A stretch of DNA of 64,000 nucleotides from contig CP075528.1 in NCBI GenBank assembly GCA_025808875.1, forward strand, positions 1,546,473-1,610,472, written 5' to 3'. Of the stretch, positions 32,255 to 42,083 are shown one piece after another. This DNA comes from Enhydrobacter sp. (GTDB taxonomy: Bacteria; Pseudomonadota; Alphaproteobacteria; Reyranellales; Reyranellaceae). Under the pieces are notes generated by a model. The model ran no database searches and had not been told where the DNA came from. It was given only the letters and a program-made list of their open reading frames with translations. Each line of letters starts with the position of its first letter. Position 1 is the first letter of the stretch. The translations under genes and the position numbers were made by a program.

Positions 32255-33046
32255 ATGTCCCACCTGCTCAAGACCGTCGAAGACGGTGTCATGAAGATCG
32301 TGCTCAACCGTCCGGAGGCGATGAATGCGCTGAGCCGCGACATGATGCAGGGCCTGACCGACGCGCTCGAGGAGGCGGCCGGCAGCCGCGCGATCGGCTG
32401 CGTGGTGGTGCGGGGTGCGGGTGACAAGGCGTTCTGCGCCGGCGGCGACGTGAAGTCGATGGCGGCGGGGCGCGACCAGGACAAGACCTACGAGGACAAG
32501 GTGCACGACATCAGGATCCGCATGAAGGTCTCGGAGATGCTGCACGAGATGGGCAAGCCGACCATCGCCATGGTGAATGGCGTCGCGGCCGGGGCCGGCC
32601 TGTCGCTCGCGCTCGCCGCCGACATGCGCTTCGCCGGCAAGTCGGCGCGCATGACGACCGCGTTCGCGAAGGTCGGCTTCTCGGGCGACTTCGGCTCGCA
32701 CTACTTCCTGCACAAGCTGGTCGGCACGGCCAAGGCGCGCGAGCTCTATTTCACCGCCGAGATCCTGAATGCCGAGCAGATCGAGAAGCTCGGCCTCGCC
32801 AACCGTGTCGTCGACGATGCCGACCTCGAGAGCGAGACCATGGCGTTCGCGAAGAAGTTGGCGGCTGGCCCGCGCGTCGCCTGGTGGCACGTCAAGAAGA
32901 ACATGAAGGTGGCGGAAGAGGGCACGCTCTCCGAGGCGCTCGACTCGGAGGCCGCGCGCATGATCCGCACCGGTGAGACAGAGGACCACAAGGAAGCCGC
33001 CCGCGCCTTCGTCGAGAAGCGCGCGCCGGTGTTCAGGGGCGTCTGA
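32255..33046 (+). CDS. Enoyl-CoA hydratase/isomerase family protein, 263 aa
   Basis: ATG at 32255 follows GGAGGAG. Contains IVLNRPEAMNAL, VRGAGDKAFCAGGDV and AMVNGVAAGAGLSLAL. Confidence 0.9.
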   Translation: MSHLLKTVEDGVMKIVLNRPEAMNALSRDMMQGLTDALEEAAGSRAIGCVVVRGAGDKAFCAGGDVKSMAAGRDQDKTYEDKVHDIRIRMKVSEMLHEMGKPTIAMVNGVAAGAGLSLALAADMRFAGKSARMTTAFAKVGFSGDFGSHYFLHKLVGTAKARELYFTAEILNAEQIEKLGLANRVVDDADLESETMAFAKKLAAGPRVAWWHVKKNMKVAEEGTLSEALDSEAARMIRTGETEDHKEAARAFVEKRAPVFRGV

Positions 33047-33107
33047 GGCGCGACACGCTGTCGCCACGCCGCGGCGTCGCGATCGGTGCGGACAAGGAGA
33101 GGAAGCG

Positions 33108-33857
33108 ATGCGGCTTCGGCAATGCGTGTTCGTCTGCAAGGACCTCGAGAGTTCGCGCGAGGAGCTGTGCGACATCCTGGGGATCGAGGTCGCGTACCGC
33201 GATCCCGGGGTCGCCAAATGGGGTCTGGTCAACGTCGTCTGCCCAACCGGGCACGACTTCCTCGAGATCGTGACGCCCGAGCAGCCGGGCACGTCGGCCG
33301 GCCGCTACATCGAGCGACGCAAGGGCGATGGCGGCTACATGGTGATCCTCCAGGTCCCGGACGCCGCGGCGGAGCGCAAGCGCGTGATCGACCTCGGCAT
33401 ACGGGCCGTCGCGCAGAAGGATCTGCCAGAATACCAGTACACCCACTTCCATCCGTCGGACACGTCGGGAGTGCTGCTGTCGCTCGACACGACCTTCGCT
33501 CCCAAGGGCGTCGATCCGGCGTTGTGGTGGCCGCCGGCGGAGAAGGACTGGCTGAAGCAAGCGCGCTCCGACGTCACCTGTGGTCTCGCCGGCGTGGAGA
33601 TTCAGCATTCCGTCCCGTCCGCGGCGGCCGCGAACTGGTCGAGGATCCTGGGCCGGCCCGCCGACAACTGCCGCATCCAGCTCGACGGCGCGGAGATCCG
33701 CTTCGTGCCCGATCGCGACGGGCGCGGGCCCGGCGTGTCGGCCTACGACGTGAAGGCGGCGAACAAGGCCGCCGTGATGGCCGCCGCCGAGAAGCGAGGC
33801 AAGAAGCGCGGGCCTTCCCAGGTCAAGGTTTGCGGCTGCCGCATCAACCTGGTCTGA
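33108..33857 (+). CDS. Glyoxalase-like-domain (VOC-related) protein, 249 aa
   Basis: ATG at 33108 follows AGGAGAGGAAG. Has a VOC-like N-terminal half (FLEIVTPEQPGTSAGRYIERRG). Weak family recognition. Confidence 0.6.
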   Translation: MRLRQCVFVCKDLESSREELCDILGIEVAYRDPGVAKWGLVNVVCPTGHDFLEIVTPEQPGTSAGRYIERRKGDGGYMVILQVPDAAAERKRVIDLGIRAVAQKDLPEYQYTHFHPSDTSGVLLSLDTTFAPKGVDPALWWPPAEKDWLKQARSDVTCGLAGVEIQHSVPSAAAANWSRILGRPADNCRIQLDGAEIRFVPDRDGRGPGVSAYDVKAANKAAVMAAAEKRGKKRGPSQVKVCGCRINLV

Positions 33858-33861
33858 GCCG

Positions 33862-34599
33862 ATGCTGATCGTCGGCAACTACCTGTCGCCCTACGTGCGC
33901 AAGGTGTTGCTCGCGCTTGAGCTCAAGGGGCTCGCCTATGAAATCGACCCACTCGTGCCGTTCTACGGCAACGATGCGTTCTCGAAGCTCAGTCCGCTCC
34001 GGCGCATTCCGGTGCTGATCGACGGCGATCTCGTCCTCACCGATTCCACGGTGATCAGCGAGTATCTCGACGATCTCAGGCCCGAGCCGCGCCTCTATCC
34101 GGCCGACATTCGCGACCGGGCGCGGGCGCGCTGGCTCGAGGAGTTTGCCGATACGCGCATGGGCGACGTCTTCATCTGGCGTTTCTTCGCCCAGATCGCC
34201 ATCCGCCGCGGCGTCTGGGGCGAGGATCCTGACAAGGCGTTGATCGAGCGTACGCAGAAGGAAGACATTCCAGCCGTCCTCGACTACCTGGAGGCCGAGG
34301 CGCCCGCCGACGCGTTCCGCTTCGGGCCGCTCGGCATGGCGGATCTCGCGCCGGCCTGCATGGTGCGCACGGCGTCGTTCGCGCGCTTCCAGATCGACAC
34401 GGATCGATGGCCCAGGACGGCGGCGTGGATGGAGCGTACCTACCAAGCCGCTCCGTTCGAGAAGCTCCTGAAGTTCGAGACCGTGATCGCCCGAAGTCCG
34501 CCGCCGCGACACCGCGAGATTCTGAAGTCGCTGGGAGCCCCGATCAGCGCCGTGAGCTACAGCGACGCCAGGCCTCGCCGCGGTATCATGCCGATCTAG
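33862..34599 (+). CDS. Glutathione S-transferase family protein, 245 aa
   Basis: N-terminal thioredoxin-like fold with SPYVRKV and RIPVLIDGDLVLTDSTVISEYL. Confidence 0.85.
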   Translation: MLIVGNYLSPYVRKVLLALELKGLAYEIDPLVPFYGNDAFSKLSPLRRIPVLIDGDLVLTDSTVISEYLDDLRPEPRLYPADIRDRARARWLEEFADTRMGDVFIWRFFAQIAIRRGVWGEDPDKALIERTQKEDIPAVLDYLEAEAPADAFRFGPLGMADLAPACMVRTASFARFQIDTDRWPRTAAWMERTYQAAPFEKLLKFETVIARSPPPRHREILKSLGAPISAVSYSDARPRRGIMPI

Positions 34600-35812
34600 G
34601 GACCAGGGGAACGGCGCCCGACTTCCGAATCACCAGGAACAGCAGCACGGCGAGGTTCACGACATTGAACGCCATGCCGACGCCGAAGGCCGGCAGATAG
34701 GAGGCGAACGAGTCGAACAGGACACCGGGCAGCCAGCCGCCCGCCGCCATGCCGAGGAAGCCCGCGAACATGACGGTCGGTACGCGCCAGTTGGCTTCGC
34801 GCGCGGTGTAGCACTCGCGGATCACGATGACGTAGGACGGCAGCAGGCCCGACAAACCGATGCCGAACACCGCCGACACGACGAACAGGGGAATCAGCTC
34901 CTGGGTCGCGAGATAGCCGAGCAGGCCGGTGATCTGCACCAACGAGCTGAAGAGCAGCGTGTGGAAGCCGCCGACGCGGTCGGCAAGCCATCCCCAGAAC
35001 TGGCGGGCGAAAAAGGCGACGCCCAGCAACACCGAGAGCATGGCCGCGCTGGTCTGCGATGCGAAGCCGAGATCGCCGCAATAGGCAACGACATGGTTCA
35101 TCGGCATGGCCATGGGCACGCAGCAGCAGAAGACCGCGACCATCAGCAACGCCATGAGCTGGTTCGGCGACAGGCCGAGTGTGGTGTCGTGGACCGTGGG
35201 CTGCGCGGCAGTGGCGCCGGATGGAGGAGCGGGGACCGGCGGTGGGCGCAGATAGACCAGGGCGAGCGCCACGACCGAGACGAAAATGAAGGCGGCGAAG
35301 GCGAGCATGGTCGCGCGCCAGCCGAATTCGTCGACACCGAACTGCAGGATCGGCGGCCAGATCGCGCCCGCGACTGCCTGGCCCGAGGCGATCAGCGCCA
35401 CGGCCGAACCGCGACGTCGCTCGAACCACAGGCTCACATAGGTGAGAAGTGGCGCAAACATGCACGAAATGCCGAGCAGGCCGATCAGCAGCCCGTGGCC
35501 GATCGCCAGCTCGATGAGTCCACCGGAAGCCGAAAGCATCAGCCCCGCCGCCACCATTGCCGCGCCAAAAAGCACGACCCTTCTCACGCCGAGCCGGCCA
35601 GCCAGCCATCCCGCGACGATGCCGCCGAAGGCCGAGCCGATGTAGGAAACTGCCACGACGGTCGCGGGGCCGGAGCGCGCCGTCTCGAGCTCGGCCGCGA
35701 TCGGCTTCATCGCCACGACGGTGACGAGGGGCGCACCGTAGCCGATGCTCATGACGGCGAGCGCGGCGCTCGCGGTGATCCATGCCGTCCGGCTGTCGAG
35801 CAGGTCCTTCAT
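34586..35812 (-). CDS. MFS transporter, 408 aa
   Basis: About 12 hydrophobic segments and an MFS loop motif GWLAGRLGVRRV. Start overlaps the MarR stop by 4 nt. Confidence 0.85.
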   Translation of the reverse strand: MKDLLDSRTAWITASAALAVMSIGYGAPLVTVVAMKPIAAELETARSGPATVVAVSYIGSAFGGIVAGWLAGRLGVRRVVLFGAAMVAAGLMLSASGGLIELAIGHGLLIGLLGISCMFAPLLTYVSLWFERRRGSAVALIASGQAVAGAIWPPILQFGVDEFGWRATMLAFAAFIFVSVVALALVYLRPPPVPAPPSGATAAQPTVHDTTLGLSPNQLMALLMVAVFCCCVPMAMPMNHVVAYCGDLGFASQTSAAMLSVLLGVAFFARQFWGWLADRVGGFHTLLFSSLVQITGLLGYLATQELIPLFVVSAVFGIGLSGLLPSYVIVIRECYTAREANWRVPTVMFAGFLGMAAGGWLPGVLFDSFASYLPAFGVGMAFNVVNLAVLLFLVIRKSGAVPLVPRSA

Positions 35813-36261
35813 AGGACGTCCGCTCGCCGCGCCAGCCGCAGCGCGTCGTCGATCGACAGGCGCTGGCCGAGCTCGGCGTGGGCCTCGCGCCACGCGGCGA
35901 GCGCGATCTCGAGGCGGCGCGCTCCCTTCTCGGTCAGCCACACCATGCGCTTGCGCTGGTCGCTTTCGACGATGGCGATTTCGACCAGCCCATCCGCCTC
36001 CAGCGTTCTCAGCGTGCGTGACAGCGTCGACTGGTCGAGCCCCATCCGCTGGGCAAGAGCGCTCACCGTGTCGTCCGGCGCCGAAGCGACCATCGCCATG
36101 AGTCCGAACTGGCCGAAGGAGAGGCCGCATCCCTCCATGCGATCCTCGAGGAAGCGGGTGACCGCACGGACTGCCTGGCGCAAATTCCAGCCGGCGCACC
36201 CGGCCAGCGCCTGCGCGGCATCGACGCGCAATGTCTTCGTGGTTCGGAGTGGCTTGATCAT
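35809..36261 (-). CDS. MarR-family transcriptional regulator, 150 aa
   Basis: wHTH region ALAQRMGLDQSTLSRTLRTLEADGLVEI...DQRKRMVWLTEKG. Sits first in an operon with the MFS gene. Confidence 0.88.
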   Translation of the reverse strand: MIKPLRTTKTLRVDAAQALAGCAGWNLRQAVRAVTRFLEDRMEGCGLSFGQFGLMAMVASAPDDTVSALAQRMGLDQSTLSRTLRTLEADGLVEIAIVESDQRKRMVWLTEKGARRLEIALAAWREAHAELGQRLSIDDALRLARRADVL

Positions 36262-36267
36262 GAAAAG

Positions 36268-36294
36268 ATGTATATACATTAAATGTAGATACAT
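36268..36294. promoter_or_regulatory. Candidate MarR operator: perfect palindrome ATGTATATACAT plus near-copy ATGTAGATACAT
   Basis: Sites at 36268-36279 and 36283-36294 lie in a 42-bp AT-rich divergent gap directly upstream of marR (start 36261) and of the plus-strand ORF at 36304. Confidence 0.55.
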
Positions 36295-36303
36295 GGAAGT
36301 GAA

Positions 36304-36705
36304 ATGCACTGGCGGATGAAGGGCGTGGCGTCGCTGCATCCGTTCGTCGTCGGCCACTGCGCGACGGGGCTGGTCGTCGGCGCTTGTGCCGGTGCCTATC
36401 TGCCCGAGCCCTGGATGATACCGCTCGGTGCGGCCGCGATGGGAGTCGCCGCTGCCGCGAGCTCGGCCGTGTGCGCGTGGCGCCCCGGCCTAGACGCAGC
36501 GGTCTGGAAGCTCGTGCCGGCCGCGGCGGCCGCCAGCCCGTTGATGATGCTGGCGCTTGGCTTCATGGCCGCCGATTGGGAGTGCCTTGCCGGACGGCAC
36601 CGCGGCTGGGATTGCGTCGGTGCGGCGATCGCGGTCCTGGTGGCCGGCCTGTCGCTCGTGCCGCCCCTCGGTGGCATGCTGTGGCGCTGGTGGCGCCGTC
36701 GCTAG
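36304..36705 (+). CDS. Hypothetical small membrane protein, 133 aa
   Basis: 3-4 hydrophobic segments and a C-terminal WRWWRRR. Divergent from marR. Coding status rests only on ORF shape and position. Confidence 0.45.
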   Translation: MHWRMKGVASLHPFVVGHCATGLVVGACAGAYLPEPWMIPLGAAAMGVAAAASSAVCAWRPGLDAAVWKLVPAAAAASPLMMLALGFMAADWECLAGRHRGWDCVGAAIAVLVAGLSLVPPLGGMLWRWWRRR

Positions 36706-37676
36706 GCCGCGATTGCCCCGGCGAGCCTGTTGCGGATCATGTCCTCGGCCTCGAGCACGATGCGTTCGACCAGCTCCTTGCAGCTCGGAACGTCCTTGAT
36801 CAGGCCCATCACCGTACCGGCCGACCAGATGCCGTGCTCGAGGTCGCCGGTCTCGTAGACCACCTTGCCGCGGGCGCCGGCGACCAGCGGGCCGATCTCC
36901 TGGATCGTCTTGCCCTCGTGTTCCATCTCGATCGCCTTCCTGGCCACCGAGTTGCCGTAGACGCGGCTGGTGTTGCGCATGGTGCGGAAGATCAGCGACG
37001 TGGCGCGCTCGTCGCCGTCGACCAGCGCCTGCTTCACCTTGTCGTGGATGGGGGCCTCCTTCGTCGCCATGAAGCGTGTGCCCATGTTGATGCCATCGCA
37101 GCCCAGCGCCAGCGCCGCCACGAGCCCGCGCGCGTCGCCGAAACCGCCCGAGGCCAGCATCGGGATCTTGATGACGTTTGCCGCCGCCGGCAGCAGTACC
37201 AGGTTGGGGACGTCGTCCTCGCCCGGATGTCCGGCGCACTCGAAGCCGTCCATCGAGATCGCATCGACGCCCGCCTTCTCGGCAGAAATGCCGTGGCGCA
37301 CCGAGGTGCATTTGTGGATGACCTTGATGCCGGCGTCCTTGAACTTGGGAAGGAAGGGCTTGGGATTGTTGCCCGCCGTCTCGACGATCTTGACGCCAGA
37401 ATCGACGATGGCATCGATATATTCGCCGTAAGGCCTCGGCACCAGGGTCGGCAGGATGGTGAGATTGACGCCGAACGGCTGGTCCGTCATCTCGCGACAG
37501 CGCTTGATCTCCTTGCGCAGATCCTCCGGCGTCGGCTGGGTGAGCCCGGTCAGGATGCCGAGCGCGCCGGCGTTGGAGACCGCGGACGCCAGCTCGGCGC
37601 GTCCGACCCATTGCATGCCGCCCTGCACGATCGGATGCTTGATGCCGAACATTTCGGTGAAGCGCGTCTTGATCAT
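36702..37676 (-). CDS. Nitronate monooxygenase / NAD(P)H-dependent flavin oxidoreductase (NMO family), 324 aa
   Basis: FGIKHPIVQGGMQWVG..., and ASGGFGDARG typical of 2-nitropropane dioxygenase-like proteins. Confidence 0.88.
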   Translation of the reverse strand: MIKTRFTEMFGIKHPIVQGGMQWVGRAELASAVSNAGALGILTGLTQPTPEDLRKEIKRCREMTDQPFGVNLTILPTLVPRPYGEYIDAIVDSGVKIVETAGNNPKPFLPKFKDAGIKVIHKCTSVRHGISAEKAGVDAISMDGFECAGHPGEDDVPNLVLLPAAANVIKIPMLASGGFGDARGLVAALALGCDGINMGTRFMATKEAPIHDKVKQALVDGDERATSLIFRTMRNTSRVYGNSVARKAIEMEHEGKTIQEIGPLVAGARGKVVYETGDLEHGIWSAGTVMGLIKDVPSCKELVERIVLEAEDMIRNRLAGAIAA

Positions 37677-37739
37677 CTGGCCGTGTCCCCGCCCGCTGCG
37701 TGTCTGTGCACGAGCATTAGCGAAGAGCGGGCGGGCGCA

Positions 37740-38867
37740 CTAGCCCCCGGAATGTCCTTCCGCAACGCGGACGACCCGCTCTGCGAGCGCCAGCGACGCG
37801 GTGAGGCCCGGCGATTCGATGCCGAAGAGGTGGATCAATCCTGCGATGCCGTGCTGTGCCGGCCCCTGGATGACGAAGTCCTGCGCCGGCGCGCCCTGCG
37901 GCACGGTCTTCGGCCGGATCCCGGCATAGCCCGGCTGCAACGCGCCGTCCTTCAGCCCCGGCCAGTAGCGGCGCACCGCGGCGTAGAACTTGTCGGCGCG
38001 ATGGGGGTCGACGGTGTAGTCGATGCCATCGATCCACTCGACGTCGGGGCCGAACTTGGCCTGGCCGCCCATGTCGACGGTGATGTGCACGCCGAGCCCG
38101 CCTGGCACCGGCACGGGGTAGATCAGGCGCGAGAAGGGCGAGCGGCCTGTCAGGGTGAAGTAGTTGCCTTTGGCGTAGTAGGCCGTGGGGATGCAGTCGG
38201 TCGGCATGCCCTCGATCCGCCGCGCGAGCGCCGGCGCGTGCAGGCCCGCACAGTTCACGACGAGCCGCGCCTTGAGCTCCATCGGCTCGGCGCCGCCAAC
38301 CGCCAGTTCGATGCCGTCGTCCGTCGCGCGGCCGCTTTGCAGTGGAGCATGGAAGGCGAACATGGCCCCGCGCTCCTCAGCGTCACCCTGCAGCGCCAGC
38401 ATGTAGGAGTGGCTGTCGACGATGCCGGTGGTGGGCGAGAGCAGGGCCGCCGTGCATTCGAGATTGGGCTCCATCGCCTTCGCTTCTGCTGTGGTCAGGA
38501 AGCGCATGTCCTCGACGCCGTTGGCCTCGGCGCGGTTCTTGATCGATGCCAGGGTCTCGCTTTCGGCGGGGCTCGTGGCGACGATCAACTTGCCGCAGTT
38601 GCGATGCGGCACGCCGTGCGCGGCACAGTAGGCGTAGAGTTTGCGCCGCCCCTCGACACAGGTCTCCGCCATCAGGCTGCCCTTGGGGTAGTAGATGCCG
38701 GCGTGGATGACTTCGGAATTGCGCGAGCTCGTCGCCGTGCCGATGCCCTCGGCCGCTTCCAGCACGATCACCTCGCGCCCGGCCAGCGCCAGCGCGCGGG
38801 CGACGGCCAAGCCCACCACGCCGGCGCCCACGACCACGCTGTCGACTGTCTCGATGGGCGAACTCAT
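37740..38867 (-). CDS. FAD-dependent oxidoreductase (DAO / L-2-hydroxyglutarate-oxidase-like), 375 aa
   Basis: [16 protein letters not shown] dinucleotide fold, [14 protein letters not shown], and C-terminal [12 protein letters not shown]. Confidence 0.85.
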   Translation of the reverse strand: MSSPIETVDSVVVGAGVVGLAVARALALAGREVIVLEAAEGIGTATSSRNSEVIHAGIYYPKGSLMAETCVEGRRKLYAYCAAHGVPHRNCGKLIVATSPAESETLASIKNRAEANGVEDMRFLTTAEAKAMEPNLECTAALLSPTTGIVDSHSYMLALQGDAEERGAMFAFHAPLQSGRATDDGIELAVGGAEPMELKARLVVNCAGLHAPALARRIEGMPTDCIPTAYYAKGNYFTLTGRSPFSRLIYPVPVPGGLGVHITVDMGGQAKFGPDVEWIDGIDYTVDPHRADKFYAAVRRYWPGLKDGALQPGYAGIRPKTVPQGAPAQDFVIQGPAQHGIAGLIHLFGIESPGLTASLALAERVVRVAEGHSGG

Positions 38868-38871
38868 GGTG

Positions 38872-39933
38872 TCATTGTGGGCCTAGGAATCTGAAGGGCT
38901 CGTTCTCTCTGAAGTGCGCGAGGGCGTTGCCCGCGAAGACGTTGCGCTGACCATCGCCCAAGTCGAGCCTGCGCACCTTTCCGGTCCGGGGCGAGAAGTC
39001 GACTTGGTTGAGATCGACCCAGAAGGTATTGGGTGTAAGGGCCGATTCGAAGAAGTAGAGCCTGCGCTTGTGGTCGGCGACTGTGCGCCATCGCGTGGAC
39101 GAGATGTTCGGTTCCTCCGGAGTGCTGATGCCGAACGGCACCGAGACGTTGCGGATGATGCTGAACACGCTGGCCAAGGCGACCACCGGGTCCTCACTCT
39201 TGGGAACGGCATTGACGTAGAATGAGGCGCGCGCAAAGCGATCGGCCGCGCGATTGGTGCCCGGCAGCATGACAGTGCCGCCGATCTCCTTCCAGTAGGA
39301 GACGAGCGCGAGCTGCTGGTCGAAGGTGGGGGAATTGGTCATCACCTGGTACTGCCGACCGTGATGGATGACCTGGCGGCCGTCGATATACTCGACGATG
39401 GCGCTGTCACCCGTCGCGTCCGATATGGACAGGTGCAGCGTCGCCAGCCGAGATTCGCCCGGCACTGCGTCGGTGACGATGACGAACGGCTCCTTGCGCA
39501 GCGCCTCCACCGCTTCCTGCACGGTTGCGAAATTGTCGAGGACCCACTGGGCCCAGGCCGCGATGGTGAGCGGCGGCCTGGACCCGTCTGGCACCGGATA
39601 CTTCGATTCGACCAGCCACAGGACGTTGGCGGCCAGGCCGGCCTCGTTCAGCCCGTCGGTCGTCGAGATATCGTAACCCGAGACGATCACGCTACCGTAT
39701 TTGGATGTCCATTTCAGCGAGTTCGGGCCAGCCTCGCCGTTGCGCGCCATGCCACGCGGGAAGATCCAGAGGTTGCTGCCGATCTCCGACTTCCAGTCCA
39801 TCGAGCGCGCGGTAATCACGTCGCCGCGGGCGCCAAGGTAGACCAGGCGAGTACACCCTTCAGCCGGCGCGGCGGTCGCCGCCAGCAATGCCGCGAGCAA
39901 TGTTGCGATAACTGGCCCCCGAGGGTGGAACAT
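38872..39933 (-). CDS. Choloylglycine hydrolase-family Ntn linear-amide hydrolase, secreted, 353 aa
   Basis: Signal peptide followed by the nucleophile Cys (AEGCTRLVY), then ARSMDW and NEAGLA motifs. Lies 4 nt upstream of the FAD oxidoreductase. Confidence 0.85.
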   Translation of the reverse strand: MFHPRGPVIATLLAALLAATAAPAEGCTRLVYLGARGDVITARSMDWKSEIGSNLWIFPRGMARNGEAGPNSLKWTSKYGSVIVSGYDISTTDGLNEAGLAANVLWLVESKYPVPDGSRPPLTIAAWAQWVLDNFATVQEAVEALRKEPFVIVTDAVPGESRLATLHLSISDATGDSAIVEYIDGRQVIHHGRQYQVMTNSPTFDQQLALVSYWKEIGGTVMLPGTNRAADRFARASFYVNAVPKSEDPVVALASVFSIIRNVSVPFGISTPEEPNISSTRWRTVADHKRRLYFFESALTPNTFWVDLNQVDFSPRTGKVRRLDLGDGQRNVFAGNALAHFRENEPFRFLGPQ

Positions 39934-40013
39934 GGCGCTCTCCTTGCGGTTACGACCGCCTGAAGATATGACTACAGCGCCGCCGAGGAAATGCAGTTCC
40001 GAAAGTTCGCTCG

Positions 40014-40784
40014 ATGAAAGGCGCCCTGGTGACCGGCGCAGGGATGCGGATCGGCCGGGCGCTGGCGATGGCGCTGGCAGCCGACGGGTTCTTCGTGTTC
40101 GTCCATCATCATCGTTCGGTCGACGAGGCGCGCGGCACCGTGGCCGATATCCGAGCCGCGGGTGGCCGGGCCAGGGCAGTGCGTGCTGACTTGTCCTCCG
40201 CCAGACAAGCCGCGGCGCTGGTGTCGAAGTGCCGCGCTCCCGGCGTCACGCTCACCTGCCTGGTCAACAACGCCTCGCAGTTCCGGCTCGACCGCGCCGA
40301 CACGACCTCGGCGGGCCTCTTCGACAGCCACATGGCGGTCAACCTGCGGGCTCCCCTGCTGCTGTCGCAGGCGCTGGCGAGGCAGTTGCCGGAAGGGGAG
40401 AGAGGGCTGATCATCAACGTGCTCGACCAGAAGCTCTACAATCTCAATCCCGACTTCCTTACCTACACCTTGTCCAAGATCGGCCTGCACGGGTTGACGA
40501 CGCTGCTCGCCCAGGCCTATGCGCCGCGCCTGCGCGTCGCCGGGATCGCCCCCGGCCTTACCCTGCGCAGCGGCAGCCAGACCGATGCACGCTTCGCCGA
40601 GCAACACACCCGCAACCCGCTGGGCGTCGGGGTGACGACCGACGACCTGGTTCGGGCATTCCGCTTCATCGTGGCGACGCCGAGCTATACCGGCGACGTG
40701 CTGCTGGTCGATTCGGGGGAGCACTTGACCGGCCGTCCGCGCGACATCGCCTTCGACACGAGCGCCAAGAGCAAGAAAGCGTGA
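40014..40784 (+). CDS. SDR-family reductase, FolM / pteridine-reductase-like, 256 aa
   Basis: TGAGMRIGRALA cofactor motif (TGxxxRIG as in FolM/PTR1) and catalytic YTLSK. Immediately followed by a FolB-family gene. Confidence 0.75.
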   Translation: MKGALVTGAGMRIGRALAMALAADGFFVFVHHHRSVDEARGTVADIRAAGGRARAVRADLSSARQAAALVSKCRAPGVTLTCLVNNASQFRLDRADTTSAGLFDSHMAVNLRAPLLLSQALARQLPEGERGLIINVLDQKLYNLNPDFLTYTLSKIGLHGLTTLLAQAYAPRLRVAGIAPGLTLRSGSQTDARFAEQHTRNPLGVGVTTDDLVRAFRFIVATPSYTGDVLLVDSGEHLTGRPRDIAFDTSAKSKKA

Positions 40785-40785
40785 C

Positions 40786-41145
40786 ATGAAACGCCGCATC
40801 TTCATCCGCGATCTGCGGCTGCCGGTCTCGATCGGCATCCACGACTTCGAGAGGAAGGGCCCGCAAACGATGATCGTGAACGTCGAGCTGACGCTGGCGC
40901 CGTCGCGTGCCGCACACGCCGACCGCATCGCCAACGTGTTGAACTACGATGTCGTCCACGACGGCATCGTCGGGCTGACCAAGGGGCGGCATTTCAACCT
41001 CCAGGAGACGCTGGTCGACTCCATCCTCGATCTCTGCCTGGCCCAACCGGAGGTGATCGAGGCGCGCGTCTCGACCGAGAAGCCCGATGTCTATCCCGAT
41101 TGCCGGGTCGGCTACGAAGCGGTGCGCCGCCGCGGCGAGAACTGA
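40786..41145 (+). CDS. Dihydroneopterin aldolase/epimerase family (FolB/FolX-like) protein, 119 aa
   Basis: IFIRDLRLPVSIGIHDFER... and LQETLVDSI resemble the FolB fold start. 1-nt gap from the SDR gene. Confidence 0.75.
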   Translation: MKRRIFIRDLRLPVSIGIHDFERKGPQTMIVNVELTLAPSRAAHADRIANVLNYDVVHDGIVGLTKGRHFNLQETLVDSILDLCLAQPEVIEARVSTEKPDVYPDCRVGYEAVRRRGEN

Positions 41146-41151
41146 CCGGCG

Positions 41152-42081
41152 ATGAGCCAGCCGTCGGCGGGTCCGCGCCGCAACCTGTCGGGCGCCTTCG
41201 CCGCAATGGTGTTCGTCGGCATGGCGTGGGGCGCAAACGTGCCGGTCAGCAAGGTCATGCTCGAGCATTTCGACCTCATGCCGATGTCGGCGATGCGCAC
41301 GGCTTGTGCGGCGGCCGTGCTTGGCCTGCTGTTGCTGATGCTCGAGGGTGTCCGGTCGTTGCGGATAGAGCTCGCACCGGCACGCTTCGCCATGTTGGGT
41401 GGCCTGATGGCAAGCTTCTTCGCCGTCTATACGCTCGGCATCCAGTACTCCAATCCGATCAGCGCGGCCGCGGTGCAGGTCGCGGGTCCGCTGGTCTCCG
41501 CGGCCACCGTCCGTCTGGTCACCGGCCTGCGCTTCGATCCGGGTTTCGGCGTGGCGCTGGCGCTGACGCTGACGGGCGGGGCGATTCTCGTCGGGGGCAG
41601 CCTGCTGAGCGCCGACGACCTCACTCTCGGCGGGGGCGAGTTCATCGCCCTGGGCAGCAACGCGATCTGGACCCTCTACAGCATCAAGGCACAGGTCTGG
41701 TTCGACCGCGCCAGCCAACTCCACCGTACCTACGTCGCATCGCTGTCCGCCATGGGTTGGGCGACGATCGCGAGCATACTGCTGATCGCCCTGGGATGGT
41801 CGCGCTCGCCACTGGACGTGAGCGACGGTTGGGCCTGGACTCAACTCCTCGCGGTGGCGGTTTTCGCCTCGGGCCTCGGTGGCTATTTCTGGAACATCGG
41901 CGCCTCGCGACTCGGCGTCGCGATCGCCTCGCTGTGGGTCAATCTGGTGCCGTTCTTCGCCGTGCTGTGGTCGATGGCCTACGGCTTCATGCCCAATGCC
42001 TGGCAGATCGTCGGTGGGCTGGTCGCGCTCGGTGGCGTGGTCTACATGCAGTGGCGGAAGCTTGCCGCGATGCCACGCTGA
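41152..42081 (+). CDS. DMT-superfamily (EamA-like) transporter, 309 aa
   Basis: About ten hydrophobic segments in two EamA-like halves. 6-nt gap upstream and 2-nt gap downstream. Confidence 0.8.
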   Translation: MSQPSAGPRRNLSGAFAAMVFVGMAWGANVPVSKVMLEHFDLMPMSAMRTACAAAVLGLLLLMLEGVRSLRIELAPARFAMLGGLMASFFAVYTLGIQYSNPISAAAVQVAGPLVSAATVRLVTGLRFDPGFGVALALTLTGGAILVGGSLLSADDLTLGGGEFIALGSNAIWTLYSIKAQVWFDRASQLHRTYVASLSAMGWATIASILLIALGWSRSPLDVSDGWAWTQLLAVAVFASGLGGYFWNIGASRLGVAIASLWVNLVPFFAVLWSMAYGFMPNAWQIVGGLVALGGVVYMQWRKLAAMPR

Positions 42082-42083
42082 CC

